A stretch of 64,000 bases of DNA from Myxococcota bacterium (GCA_044344255.1 JBIJDH010000012.1:96001-160000), one strand, 5' to 3'; counted from the stretch's first letter, positions 38,955 through 48,750 are shown. The notes: generated from the sequence alone by a model not told the origin. Numbers and translations are program-made.

Positions 38955-40274
38955 CTACGGGAGGTAGGCGGAGCTCCGGCTCCAGTCCCCGTCCGGGTAC
39001 CAGAAGAAGAGCAGCGCGCCGTCGGAGAGGGTGTCGATGACGTCCTCCGACTCCCGGTCGTCGAGCGCGGGGCAGCCCCAGGTCTCGGCCGTCTCTCCGT
39101 AATAGGACACATACTCCGCCCGCGAGCCCGACCACGGATGGACGACGATCGCGCGGCTGCGCACCTCGTCATTGTATCCGTCCTCGAGCCCGTCGAGGCG
39201 CATCGAGTAACCGTAGGTGCCCTCGTAGGTCTCTCCGGCCACCATCATGCCGAGGCTCGACATGTGGCTGCCGTCGACGTTGGAGAAGGTGTCGGCCCAG
39301 CCGGTGTCGGAGCCGGTGGAGGAGCCCTCGCCGTGGCCCACGTAGAGGTTCCAGAGGAGGCTGCCGTCAGTGAGGTCGACGATCCACTCGCGGGGCTCGG
39401 AGGAGTGGAGCGAGAAGTCGGTGATCGCGTACTCGAAGCGGTCTGTGTCGCCGTTGTCCCAGGCGATGTCGAAGGCTTGGAGCGCCGTCTCGGCGACGCC
39501 TGCGTCCATGCCCTCGGCGGCGAGGCTGGCGCCGCTCGTGAAGCCGAAGGTGACGGTGTAATCGCCATCCTTCTCGACGCCGGAGCCGTTGACCCAGCTA
39601 TCGACCACCACGTAGTAGCGGCCGGCCTCGAGCCAGGCGCCGGTGCGCCAGTGCCCACGGCGGGCGCAGTCTTCGCTGTCGAGGCTGCGGAGGAGGTGGA
39701 CGTCGACGTCGGCCCCGCTCTCAACCGAGGGGAGATCGAGCGCCAGAAAGCCGTCCTCATCGAGGTCAACCTGGTAGATCACCTCGGGGCCAGACTCATC
39801 GGTGGTGGCCGCACAGTCGTAGCTGTCAAAGGTGTCGCTGGCGGCGCCGGTGGTGCTGTTCACGTCGGTGGTGGGGAAGCTGGACACACAGACGAGGCCG
39901 GCCGGGCAGGGCTCCTCGCCGCCGCCGTCGGTGCCGCCGTCGGCGCCGCCGCTGTCGGTGCCCCCGTCGGTGCCGCCGCCCGTCCCGCCGTCGGTGCCGC
40001 CGCCGTCGGTGCCGCCGCCTGTGCCGCCGTCGGTGCCGCCGCCCGACCCGCCGTCGGTGCCGCCGCCGTCGGCGCCGCCGCCGTCGGTGGTGCCGGTGTC
40101 GCCGCTGGGCTCACCCGTGTCGCCCGCGCCGCCATCCCCGCCGCCGCCGTCCTCCGCGGCGCCCGTGGCGCGGCCGGGCTTCCGGGCCATGGGGGCCTCG
40201 GCGCAGGCCGCGAGGACGAGCGTGAGCCCGAGGGCGAGCTGAAGGAGGGCTGGGGCGGCGCGCAGAGACGGCAT
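38955..40274 (-). CDS. Lipoprotein with Gly/Thr/Asp linker, PPC-like domain and YkuD_2-type murein L,D-transpeptidase domain
   Basis: Lipobox LAAC; GGTDG repeats; ITDFSLHS, VGHGEGS, SSLG, LDGLE…N…RAIVVH…TWGCPAL. Confidence 0.85.
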   Translation of the reverse strand: MPSLRAAPALLQLALGLTLVLAACAEAPMARKPGRATGAAEDGGGGDGGAGDTGEPSGDTGTTDGGGADGGGTDGGSGGGTDGGTGGGTDGGGTDGGTGGGTDGGTDSGGADGGTDGGGEEPCPAGLVCVSSFPTTDVNSTTGAASDTFDSYDCAATTDESGPEVIYQVDLDEDGFLALDLPSVESGADVDVHLLRSLDSEDCARRGHWRTGAWLEAGRYYVVVDSWVNGSGVEKDGDYTVTFGFTSGASLAAEGMDAGVAETALQAFDIAWDNGDTDRFEYAITDFSLHSSEPREWIVDLTDGSLLWNLYVGHGEGSSTGSDTGWADTFSNVDGSHMSSLGMMVAGETYEGTYGYSMRLDGLEDGYNDEVRSRAIVVHPWSGSRAEYVSYYGETAETWGCPALDDRESEDVIDTLSDGALLFFWYPDGDWSRSSAYLP

Positions 40275-40339
40275 GGGAGCTCCCGGGTCCCGCCGGCTAT
40301 CCCGCGCCCCTCCGCGCGCACGCGGTGACGCGACCACTG

Positions 40340-41008
40340 TCACGGGGATGTTTCGAGCGCCGAGACCAGGGGCTTCGTGTACAGACAGCCGGCGATGATC
40401 CCGATCGGGTAGATCCCGCAACACATCACCCCGAGCCCGATCATGCCCGGGATGAGCGAGAAGACCGCGATGAAGAGCCCGAGGGCGGCGAGAGGCTCCG
40501 GCTTTGTCTCGCAGCGGAGGAGACTGTCGACCACATGCTTTGTCTTCGGCCAGAAGGCGGCCCCCCACATCGGGCTCGCCGGCGGCACGACCTGCTCGCC
40601 CACCACCAAGGCGGTGTGCCCCGACCAGCCGAAGCCCTTGCTGACGTTCTGCTTCGTGTAGGTGACCGCGGCGGGCTCGGCCTCGTCGGTGAACACGAGG
40701 TCGACGAGGGCGCGGGCGTGCTGCCAGCCGCGAAAGAGGTAGGAGGGCTCGTAGCGGTCGGACAGCGCCTGGATGCCGCGCTGTCCGTCCAGCAGGTCCG
40801 CCTTGGCGGTGGTGGCGCGCACCCGGAGGCCGACCACCGTGGTGACCTGCACGAAGCAATCCCAGTGCCACTTGCAGCGCACCGCCACGATCATCGTGGG
40901 CTTCGCCTCGACGACCGTGAAGCCGAGGACCCGGAGGGTGGGCAGGCGTGCGGCGAGGCGGGGGTCGAGCGCGCTCACCGCGCACGTTTCGAGGGCGAGA
41001 TCGGTCAC
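40340..41008 (-). CDS. Hypothetical protein with C-terminal membrane segments
   Basis: GTG start with GGAG upstream, GC3-rich frame, hydrophobic C-terminus. Confidence 0.6.
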   Translation of the reverse strand: MTDLALETCAVSALDPRLAARLPTLRVLGFTVVEAKPTMIVAVRCKWHWDCFVQVTTVVGLRVRATTAKADLLDGQRGIQALSDRYEPSYLFRGWQHARALVDLVFTDEAEPAAVTYTKQNVSKGFGWSGHTALVVGEQVVPPASPMWGAAFWPKTKHVVDSLLRCETKPEPLAALGLFIAVFSLIPGMIGLGVMCCGIYPIGIIAGCLYTKPLVSALETSP

Positions 41009-41047
41009 GGCGGCTCCAGGGGCGGGAGGAGGGCCTAATTCACCGCA

Positions 41048-42433
41048 CTACGCCGTGAGCCGGAGGTGCACGCCCGTCTTGGAGCGCACGGTCACCAGGG
41101 GCTCGAGCTCGATCGGCCGCTCGGGCACGGGCTCGACGCCGAAGCGCTGCAGGATCGCCCCGAGGGCCTGGGTGCTCGTCACGAGGGAGAAGGTGTTGCC
41201 GATACAGACCCGCGGCCCGCCCGCGAAGGGGTAGTAGGCGAAGCGGTGCCGCCCCGCCGATCGTTCGGGCAGGAATCGGTCGGGATCGAAGCGCAGCGGC
41301 GCCTCCCAGCGGTCGGCCCGGCGGTGGCTCAGCCAGGGGGACATGGCGAGGCGGGTGCCGGCGGGGACGGCGTAGGGGCCGAGCTGATCGGGGGCGAGGG
41401 CGCTGCGCTCGAACCACCAGACGGGCGGGTAGAGGCGCAGGCCCTCGTCCACCACCCTGCGCACGTAGGCGAGCTGCTTGAGGTCGGCGAAGGAGGGCGG
41501 CCCGGGCAGGGCCTGGGCCTCGGCGCGGGCGCGGGCCTGCTCGGCGGGGTGCTGGGCGAGCAGGTAGAGCTCCCAGGCGAGGCTCGTGGCGGTGGTCTCG
41601 TGTCCGGCCAAGAGGAAGGTGAGGACCTCGTCGCGGAGCTGCTTGTCGTCCATGCCCTCGCCGGTGTCCTCGTCCTTGGCGGCGAGGAGGAGGCCGAGGA
41701 GGTCGGCGTCGCGGCGGGAGGCGGCGGCGGCCGGCTCGGCCCGGCGGGCGGCGATGAGCTTGAAGACGAGGGCGTCGAGGGCCTTGACCGCGCTTGTGTA
41801 GCGTCGATTGTTTGGGGTCGGCCAGCCGATCGGCAGCTTCAGGAGCTCACGGCTGCGCACGACGATCGCCCGCGCCACCACGCCGAAGTGGTGGTGGGCG
41901 GCCTCGAGGTCGGCCGCGAGATCGGCGCCGAAGAGCGTGCGGGTGGCGATGCGGAAGGCGAGCTCCATCATCGCGTGGGCCATGTCGAGGGTCTGGCCGG
42001 GGGCCCAGCCGGCGAGGGTGCGCTCCACCTCCTCGGCGGTGATCCGCGAGAAGGTCTCGAGGTGCCGGTGGTGGAAGGCGGGCTGGGCGAGGCGCCGCTG
42101 TCGCTTCCAGAGCTCGCCTTCGCTCGTGAGCAGCCCGTTGCCGAGGAGCGGCCGCATGTCCTCGTACATCGAGCTCTTCACGTAGTTCTTCGCGTTGTCC
42201 TTGAGGATGTGCTCGACGTAGTCGGGCTCGGAGATGAGCCAGACCCACTCCCCCGCCACCGGGATCCGCAGGAGGCCGCCGTGCTCCGCCGCCAGGCTGT
42301 CGAGGAGGCCGAGGGCGTCTGCGAACATGCCGCGGAGCACCGAGAAGGTGGCCGTCCACGGCGGGCCCGGCGGGGAGGGCGCGGACGGGGAGGACGAGGA
42401 CGGGGGAGATGAAGGCGGTGGGGGGCTCGACAT
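41048..42433 (-). CDS. Cytochrome P450
   Basis: AGHETT I-helix, EGLR (ExxR), FDPDRF, PFAGGPRVCIG. Confidence 0.95.
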   Translation of the reverse strand: MSSPPPPSSPPSSSSPSAPSPPGPPWTATFSVLRGMFADALGLLDSLAAEHGGLLRIPVAGEWVWLISEPDYVEHILKDNAKNYVKSSMYEDMRPLLGNGLLTSEGELWKRQRRLAQPAFHHRHLETFSRITAEEVERTLAGWAPGQTLDMAHAMMELAFRIATRTLFGADLAADLEAAHHHFGVVARAIVVRSRELLKLPIGWPTPNNRRYTSAVKALDALVFKLIAARRAEPAAAASRRDADLLGLLLAAKDEDTGEGMDDKQLRDEVLTFLLAGHETTATSLAWELYLLAQHPAEQARARAEAQALPGPPSFADLKQLAYVRRVVDEGLRLYPPVWWFERSALAPDQLGPYAVPAGTRLAMSPWLSHRRADRWEAPLRFDPDRFLPERSAGRHRFAYYPFAGGPRVCIGNTFSLVTSTQALGAILQRFGVEPVPERPIELEPLVTVRSKTGVHLRLTA

Positions 42434-42573
42434 TGGCGCGCTCTATCCCGCGATGCACCGCCGTCCGCCCAGCTCCCATCGCTCCCGACAGACCCAGGTG
42501 TTAGGACCGCCGCGGCCCGCGCTCCCGTCGCGACCCCCGCATCCCTGCACCGCCCCGCTCCGAGGTTGAAACG

Positions 42574-43527
42574 ATGTCTCCCCGATCGGCGTCCCTCCAC
42601 GTTCTCGTGACCGGCGGCGCCGGCTACCTCGGCTCCATCCTGGTGGGGACGCTCCTCGAGGCCGGTCACCGGGTCACCGTGCTCGACCGGCTGCTCTACG
42701 GCCAGAACACGCTCTTCCATCACTGCGCGAACCCCCGCTTCGAGTTCGTGCTCGGCGACGCCCGAGATGAGGCCCTGATGCGGCGCCTCGTCGCCACGGC
42801 CGATGTCATCATCCCGCTGGCCGCCGTGGTCGGCGCCACGGCCTGCGATCGGGACCCCTGGATGGCCACCAGCGTCAACCTCGAGGCGGTGCAGATGTTG
42901 AACCGCCTGCGCAGCCGCACGCAGCTCGTCGTCTACCCGAACACGAACAGCGGCTACGGTACCCAGACCGGTGAGCAATTCTGCACAGAGGAGACGCCGC
43001 TCGAGCCCATCACCCACTACGGCATCACCAAGGTGAAGGCCGAGCTCGAGCTGCTCGAAAGCGAGAACGTGATCACGCTGCGGCTGGCCACCGTCTTCGG
43101 CATGTCGCCGCGCATGCGCCTCGATCTGCTCGTGAACCACTTCACCTGGGCGGCGATGTTCGAGCGGTACATCGTGATCTTCGAGAAGGACTTCAAGCGG
43201 AACTACATCCACGTGCGCGACGTGGCCGACGCCTTCCTCCACTGCATCACCCACCCCGAGAAGATGGTGGGCCGCCCGCACAACGCCGGGCTCGACGAGG
43301 CCAACCTCTCGAAGGAGGAGCTCGCGCTCTTGGTGAAGCGCTACTTCCCCGACTTCTACATCCACTTTGGCGAGGTCGGCTCCGACCCCGACAAGCGGAA
43401 CTACATCGTCTCCAACCAGCGCCTGCGAGAGGCCGGCTTCGAGGCGAAGCGCAGCATCGACGACGGCGTGGTCGAGCTCATCAAGGGCTACCGCATGCTC
43501 GGCCGCCCCGCCTTCAAGAACGCCTGA
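42574..43527 (+). CDS. NAD-dependent epimerase/dehydratase (extended SDR)
   Basis: VTGGAGYLG, YGITK, RLATVFG, RNYIHVRD. Confidence 0.9.
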   Translation: MSPRSASLHVLVTGGAGYLGSILVGTLLEAGHRVTVLDRLLYGQNTLFHHCANPRFEFVLGDARDEALMRRLVATADVIIPLAAVVGATACDRDPWMATSVNLEAVQMLNRLRSRTQLVVYPNTNSGYGTQTGEQFCTEETPLEPITHYGITKVKAELELLESENVITLRLATVFGMSPRMRLDLLVNHFTWAAMFERYIVIFEKDFKRNYIHVRDVADAFLHCITHPEKMVGRPHNAGLDEANLSKEELALLVKRYFPDFYIHFGEVGSDPDKRNYIVSNQRLREAGFEAKRSIDDGVVELIKGYRMLGRPAFKNA

Positions 43528-43530
43528 GCC

Positions 43531-44277
43531 GTGCGCCCCTCGCCGCCCGAGCTCTCCGCGATCCCGGCCCTGCTGCTCGTCGGCGGCCAGGGCACCCGCC
43601 TGCAGGCCGTCGTCTCGGACCGCCCGAAGCCGATGGCGGAGGTAGACGGGCGGCCCTTCCTCGGCTTCCTGCTCGACTGGCTGGCCGAGGCGGGCATCCG
43701 TGAGGTGATCCTCTGCACCGGCTACATGGCCGAGCAGCTCGAGGCCCAGCTCGGCGAGCGCCACGGGCCTCTCCGCCTCCGCTACTCGCGCGAGCGGAGC
43801 CCGCTCGGCACCGGCGGCGCCCTCCGCGCGGCCCTGCCCCTGCTCGGCGCGCCGGGCGACTGTCCCTGTGTGCTCGTCCTGAACGGTGACTCCTTCTTCG
43901 GCGTCCCGCTCGCCGACCTGCAACGCTTCCACGTCGCGCGCGGCGCCCGCGCCACCCTCGCCCTCGCGGCGGTGCCCGACACCGCCCGTTACGGCCGGGT
44001 CGAGGTGGAGCCGGAGCGCGGGCAGATCACGAGCTTCGTCGAGAAGGGGGCCGCCGGCGGGCCGGGCGCCATCAACGGGGGGGTCTACCTGCTCGACCCT
44101 GCGCTGCTCGCCGCCCTCCCCGCCGAGCGGGCCGTCAGCCTCGAGCGCGAGGCCTTCCCGGCCTGGCTCGGCGGCCCCTTCTACGGCTTCGCCGCCGACG
44201 CCCCCTTCCTCGACATCGGCACCCCCGAGACCTACGCCGCCGCCCCGGCCTTCTTTCGGGCCGGAGCCCCCCGATGA
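43531..44277 (+). CDS. hddC: HddC-like heptose-1-phosphate guanylyltransferase
   Basis: GGQGTRL…PKPM, LGTGG, NGDS, INGGVY, FLDIGTP; sits beside gmhA/gmhB/hddA. Confidence 0.8.
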   Translation: MRPSPPELSAIPALLLVGGQGTRLQAVVSDRPKPMAEVDGRPFLGFLLDWLAEAGIREVILCTGYMAEQLEAQLGERHGPLRLRYSRERSPLGTGGALRAALPLLGAPGDCPCVLVLNGDSFFGVPLADLQRFHVARGARATLALAAVPDTARYGRVEVEPERGQITSFVEKGAAGGPGAINGGVYLLDPALLAALPAERAVSLEREAFPAWLGGPFYGFAADAPFLDIGTPETYAAAPAFFRAGAPR

Positions 44278-45446
44278 CCTCCCCTTCGCCTGACGCCGCC
44301 CCTTCGGCGCTCCCCCGCCGCGGCTACGTGCTGCTGGACCGCGACGGCACCCTCATCGTCGAGCGCCACTACCTCTCCGATCCCGAGGGCGTGGAGCTGC
44401 TCCCCGGCGCCGCGGCGGGCCTACGGCGCCTCAGCCAGCTCGGCCTCGGCCTCCTCGTCGTGACCAACCAGTCCGGCGTGGGCCGGGGGCTCTTCACCGA
44501 GGCGACAGTGGACGCCATCCACGTCCGCCTCTCCGCGCTCCTCGCCGCGGAGGGTGTGGAGATCGAGCATTACTTCTCCTGCCCGCACCTGCCCGAGGCG
44601 GGCTGCGCCTGTCGGAAGCCCCTGCCCGGGATGGGCCTGGCCGCCGCGGAGCGCTTCGGCTTCGATCCGCGAGCCGCCTTCGTCATCGGCGACAAGCCCT
44701 GCGACATCGAGCTCGGCCAGGCCCTCGGCGCCACCACCCTGCTCGTGCTGACCGGCTACGGCTGGCGGCACGCGGGGGAGGGCTGCGCCCCCGATCACGT
44801 GGTGGACAACCTCTCCGCCGCGGCGACCCGCATCGCCGCCCTCCTCGACCGGCCCGGCGCCGCGGAGGACCCCTTCACCACCATCGAGGCCCACTTCGCC
44901 GCCTCGATCGCCGTGAAGGGCGATACGGCGCAGCGCTGTGGCCCCGCCATCACCGCCGCCGCCCGCCTGATCACCGCCCGCTTCCAGGCCGGCGGCAAGC
45001 TGCTGCTCTGCGGCAACGGGGGCAGCGCGGCCGACTGCCAGCACATGGCCGCCGAGCTCACGAGCCGCCTGACAAAGGCGGTCGAGCGCCCCGGCCTCCC
45101 CGCCCTCGCGCTCACCACCGACACCTCCTTCCTCACGGCCTACGCCAATGACTGTGGCTTCGCCGGCATCTTCGCTCGGCAGGTGGAGGCGCTCGGCCGC
45201 CCGGGCGACGTCCTGCTTGGCATCAGCACGAGCGGGAGCTCGGAGAACGTGCTCCTCGCCGCCGACGAGGCCCGCCGCCGCGGGATGGCCGTGATCACGC
45301 TCACCGGGGCCGGCGGCAAGCTGGCGGCGCTCTCCGACGTGAACATCTCCGTGCCCAGTGAGGACACCCAGTTCGTGCAAGAGTCCCACCTCGCGATCGA
45401 GCACATCCTCTGCGCCCTCGTCGAGCGCGCGCTCTTCGCCCGCTGA
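44274..45446 (+). CDS. gmhB-gmhA: Fused GmhB (heptose-bisphosphate phosphatase) and GmhA (sedoheptulose-7-phosphate isomerase)
   Basis: DRDGT, TNQSG, CPH…CACRKP, IGD; then CGNGGSAAD, ISTSGSS, QESH. Confidence 0.92.
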   Translation: MTSPSPDAAPSALPRRGYVLLDRDGTLIVERHYLSDPEGVELLPGAAAGLRRLSQLGLGLLVVTNQSGVGRGLFTEATVDAIHVRLSALLAAEGVEIEHYFSCPHLPEAGCACRKPLPGMGLAAAERFGFDPRAAFVIGDKPCDIELGQALGATTLLVLTGYGWRHAGEGCAPDHVVDNLSAAATRIAALLDRPGAAEDPFTTIEAHFAASIAVKGDTAQRCGPAITAAARLITARFQAGGKLLLCGNGGSAADCQHMAAELTSRLTKAVERPGLPALALTTDTSFLTAYANDCGFAGIFARQVEALGRPGDVLLGISTSGSSENVLLAADEARRRGMAVITLTGAGGKLAALSDVNISVPSEDTQFVQESHLAIEHILCALVERALFAR

Positions 45447-45495
45447 CCCGCCCGCTGACCGGGGCGCCCCCCCGCGCGCCTGAACGGAGCCACCG

Positions 45496-46572
45496 ATGAT
45501 CATCAGCCGCACGCCCTTCCGCATCTCCTTCCTCGGCGGGGGCACCGACTACCCGGGCTGGTTCATGAAGCACGGCGGGGCCGTGCTCGCCGCGACCATC
45601 GACAAGTACTGCTACCTGACGGTGCGGCACCTGCCGCCCTTCTTCGAGCACCGCTTCCGCATCGTCTACTCTCGCATCGAGAGCACGCAGCGGGTCGAGG
45701 ACATCGAGCACCCCGCCGTGCGCGAGGTGCTGCGCCACCACGGCTTCACGCGCGGCCTCGAGATCCACCACGACGGTGACCTGCCGGCCCGCAGCGGCAT
45801 GGGCTCGAGCTCCTCCTTCGCCGTGGGGCTGCTGCACGCCCTCTACGCGCTGCGCGGGCGGATGCCGAGCAAGCTCCAGCTCGCCCGCGAGGCCATCCAC
45901 GTCGAGCAGGAGCTCCTGAAGGAGAACGTGGGCTGCCAAGACCAGGTCTCGGCGGCCTACGGCGGCCTCAACCACATCTCCTTCCTCCCCAACGGCGACT
46001 TCAACGTCCGCCCGATGACGCTGCGGCCCGACCGCATCGCCGACTTCAACGACCACCTGCTGCTCTTCTACACCGGGGTCATCCGCACCGCCTCAGACGT
46101 GGCCGCCAGCTACGTGGGCGATCTCGAGGCGCGCCGCCGCCAGCTCCGCGTGATGAAGGACCTCGTCGATGAGGGCATCTCCGTCCTCGCAGGCGACGGG
46201 CCGATCGCCGAGTTCGGCGGGCTGCTGCACGAGGGCTGGATGGCCAAGCGCAGCCTGAGCGCCAAGATCTCCAACCCCGAGGTGGAGGAGATCTACGAGG
46301 CGGCGCGCGGGGCCGGCGCTATCGGCGGCAAGCTGCTGGGCGCGGGGGGCGGCGGCTTCATCCTCCTCTTCGCCGCGCCCTCGGAGCACGAGAAGATCCA
46401 GGAGCGCCTGTCCGGCCTCATCCACGTCCCCTTCCGCTTCGAGTCGGGGGGCAGCCAGATCCTCTACTGCGACGCCGAGCAGGACTACGCCAGCGCCGAG
46501 GCCCGCCGCGATCGACTGAAGACCACCCCCTTCCGCGAGCTCGAGCCGAGCGCGCTCTCGGACCGTTCATGA
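45496..46572 (+). CDS. hddA: HddA-like GHMP sugar kinase
   Basis: RTPFRISFLGGGTD, SGMGSSS, GCQDQ, KLLGAGGGG. Confidence 0.9.
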   Translation: MIISRTPFRISFLGGGTDYPGWFMKHGGAVLAATIDKYCYLTVRHLPPFFEHRFRIVYSRIESTQRVEDIEHPAVREVLRHHGFTRGLEIHHDGDLPARSGMGSSSSFAVGLLHALYALRGRMPSKLQLAREAIHVEQELLKENVGCQDQVSAAYGGLNHISFLPNGDFNVRPMTLRPDRIADFNDHLLLFYTGVIRTASDVAASYVGDLEARRRQLRVMKDLVDEGISVLAGDGPIAEFGGLLHEGWMAKRSLSAKISNPEVEEIYEAARGAGAIGGKLLGAGGGGFILLFAAPSEHEKIQERLSGLIHVPFRFESGGSQILYCDAEQDYASAEARRDRLKTTPFRELEPSALSDRS

Positions 46573-47495
46573 ACAGAGCCGCGCCCGTCCTGGTCAGCCG
46601 CGGCGGCACCCTGCTCGGCCAGGCCCTCGTGCGGCGGCTGCAGGCCCAGGGCTTCACCCACGTGCTGGAGGGGCCGGACCCCGTCGATGGGCCCGCCCTG
46701 CGCGCCTTCTTCGCCGAGGTGCGCCCCGCCTACGTCTTCGTGCCCGGCGGTCGCTCGGGGGGGATCCAGGCGAACACGCGCTACCCCGCCGATCTCATGC
46801 TCGACAACCTGCTCATCGCGGCCAACCTCTTCCCGCTCGCGCACGAATTCGGGGTCGAGAAGCTGCTCTACCTCGCGAGCTCCTGCGTCTACCCGCGCCT
46901 AGCCCCCCAGCCCCTCGCCGTCGAGTCCCTCTGGCAGGGCCCCCTCGAGCCCACGAACGAGGCCTACGCCACCTCCCGCCTCGCGGCCCTCACCCTCGGG
47001 CGGGCCTACCGGCAGCAGCACGGCGCTCCCTTCTTCACCGCCATCCCCACCAACCTCTACGGGCCGGGCGATCACGCCTCCCCCGAAGACGCCCACGTCA
47101 TCCCGAGCCTGCTCATCCGCATGCACCGGGCCCGGGTGGCGGGCGCCCCCGAGGTGGTGCTCTGGGGCACCGGCACGCCGCGGCGGGAGTTCCTCTACGT
47201 CGATGACGTGGCCGACGCCGCCCTGGTCGTGATGGACCAGTACACCGGCGAGGCGCCCGTGAACCTCGCCGGTGGAGAGGACGTGTCCATCCTCGAGCTC
47301 GCCGCCCTCGTCGCCGGGGTGGTGGGCTACACCGGCGCGCTGCGCTGCGACACGAGCCGCCCCGACGGCATGCCGCTCAAGGCCCTCGACGGGGGCCCCC
47401 TCGCCGCGCTCGGCTGGCGGCCCACCGTCGGCCTGCGCGAGGGCCTCGCCCGCACCTACGCCGCGCTGCTGGAGGAGGGCATCCCCCCGCAGTAG
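46569..47495 (+). CDS. GDP-L-fucose synthase / ColC-like GDP-4-keto-sugar epimerase-reductase
   Basis: GGIQAN, SSCVYP, LEPTNEAY, PTNLYGP, HVIP, WGTGTPRREFLYVDD. Confidence 0.88.
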   Translation: MNRAAPVLVSRGGTLLGQALVRRLQAQGFTHVLEGPDPVDGPALRAFFAEVRPAYVFVPGGRSGGIQANTRYPADLMLDNLLIAANLFPLAHEFGVEKLLYLASSCVYPRLAPQPLAVESLWQGPLEPTNEAYATSRLAALTLGRAYRQQHGAPFFTAIPTNLYGPGDHASPEDAHVIPSLLIRMHRARVAGAPEVVLWGTGTPRREFLYVDDVADAALVVMDQYTGEAPVNLAGGEDVSILELAALVAGVVGYTGALRCDTSRPDGMPLKALDGGPLAALGWRPTVGLREGLARTYAALLEEGIPPQ

Positions 47496-47520
47496 GCCCG
47501 CCGCGCAGGTGGCCCGGCCC

Positions 47521-48750
47521 TCAGCCGCTCACGAGGCGCTGGAGGACCGGGGGATGGGTGGGGAAGAGCCGCGCCGCCGCCTCGATGAGCTTCTGGGCGT
47601 CCTCGCCCCGACCCACGGTCCGCAAGAGGTCGACGAGGTGGAGATAGCCCTCGGGGAAGTTCGGGAAGCGGTCGAGCAGCCCCTTGGCGAAGCCGAAGGC
47701 CTGGGCGGTGTCGCCCCGCGCCACGGCCGTGCGCACGGCCTCCGACTGGAGGTCGGCCGACTCGGAGGAGCGCAGCAGGGCGCCCTCGATGCCCTTGAGC
47801 CAGCGCTCATCCCCGCGGGCGAGCGCCGGCACCACCTTGGCGAGGAGGGCCTGCACGGCTCGGCCCTCGACCTCCCGGTAGCGGGACCCCGCGGCGGGCC
47901 GCGGGCTGGCCGTCTTCATCTGCACGCCGTACTGGCGCTCCCACTGGAGGAGGGTCTGGTCGTGGGCGGGGTTGGCCTCGAGGGAGGCCCGGGACTGGGC
48001 GATCGCCTCGTCGCGGCGCTTGCGCCAGTCTTCGTAACCCTCCGGGTTCGCGGCGTAGATCAACCGCGCGAGGGCCTCGGAGTCGCGCAGGCGCTCGTCG
48101 AGGGTCTGGTGATAGAAGTGCTCCCAGAAGAGCAGGTTCTGCATGCGCATCGTGGGGCCGAGCTTGAGCTCGACGTCGTAGTCGAGCACCCGCTTGCGGC
48201 CGATGAACAGACCGAGCTCGAAGAGCCACTTGTCGTCGTACCAGAAGGGGAAGTGCTCCGTGAAGATCCGCCCGATCGCGTTCGCGAATTCCCCGCTGAT
48301 GAAGGAGTAGGTGCCGAAGCTGCCCTTGTTGAAGCTGTCGCGGGGGTAGGCGTAGAGCACGCGGTCGGGCACGGCGTCAAAGGCCTGGCGGGTGATGCCG
48401 TCCCAGTCCGGCGTGTCAAAGACCCCCTTGTCCCCGGAGATCATGTAGATCCCCGCGCCGTCGGGCTTGGCCGCCCGCATGATGTTGTACATCTCCCCCT
48501 GGGTGTCGGTGGCGCCGCCGACCACCGCGTGGAGCGGGAAGGAGAAGGGGTTCTCCTTCAGGAGCTCGATGGTGGGCGCATCGTCACTGTCTGCGTAGAC
48601 CCAGACCTCGAGCTTGTCCTTGCGCGAGGTGCTGCGCTCGTAGGACTGCAGCAGGCTGCGCAGGCCCTCCGCGCGGCCGCGGGAGGGGATGAGGACGGCG
48701 ATCTGGTCGGGGTCGACGACCGGGCGATGGACGTGGAGCGCCACGGGCAC
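47521..48750 (-). CDS. GT-A (GT2-like) glycosyltransferase with C-terminal TPR
   Basis: IAVLIPSRGR, YADSDD, FWYDDKW; helical TPR-like tail. Confidence 0.6.
   Translation of the reverse strand: MPVALHVHRPVVDPDQIAVLIPSRGRAEGLRSLLQSYERSTSRKDKLEVWVYADSDDAPTIELLKENPFSFPLHAVVGGATDTQGEMYNIMRAAKPDGAGIYMISGDKGVFDTPDWDGITRQAFDAVPDRVLYAYPRDSFNKGSFGTYSFISGEFANAIGRIFTEHFPFWYDDKWLFELGLFIGRKRVLDYDVELKLGPTMRMQNLLFWEHFYHQTLDERLRDSEALARLIYAANPEGYEDWRKRRDEAIAQSRASLEANPAHDQTLLQWERQYGVQMKTASPRPAAGSRYREVEGRAVQALLAKVVPALARGDERWLKGIEGALLRSSESADLQSEAVRTAVARGDTAQAFGFAKGLLDRFPNFPEGYLHLVDLLRTVGRGEDAQKLIEAAARLFPTHPPVLQRLVSG

Noticed and set aside
39918..40095. Array of GCCGCCGTCGGT-like repeats resembling a CRISPR or VNTR
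   Set aside because: Coding GGTDG linker; no unique spacers and no cas genes.
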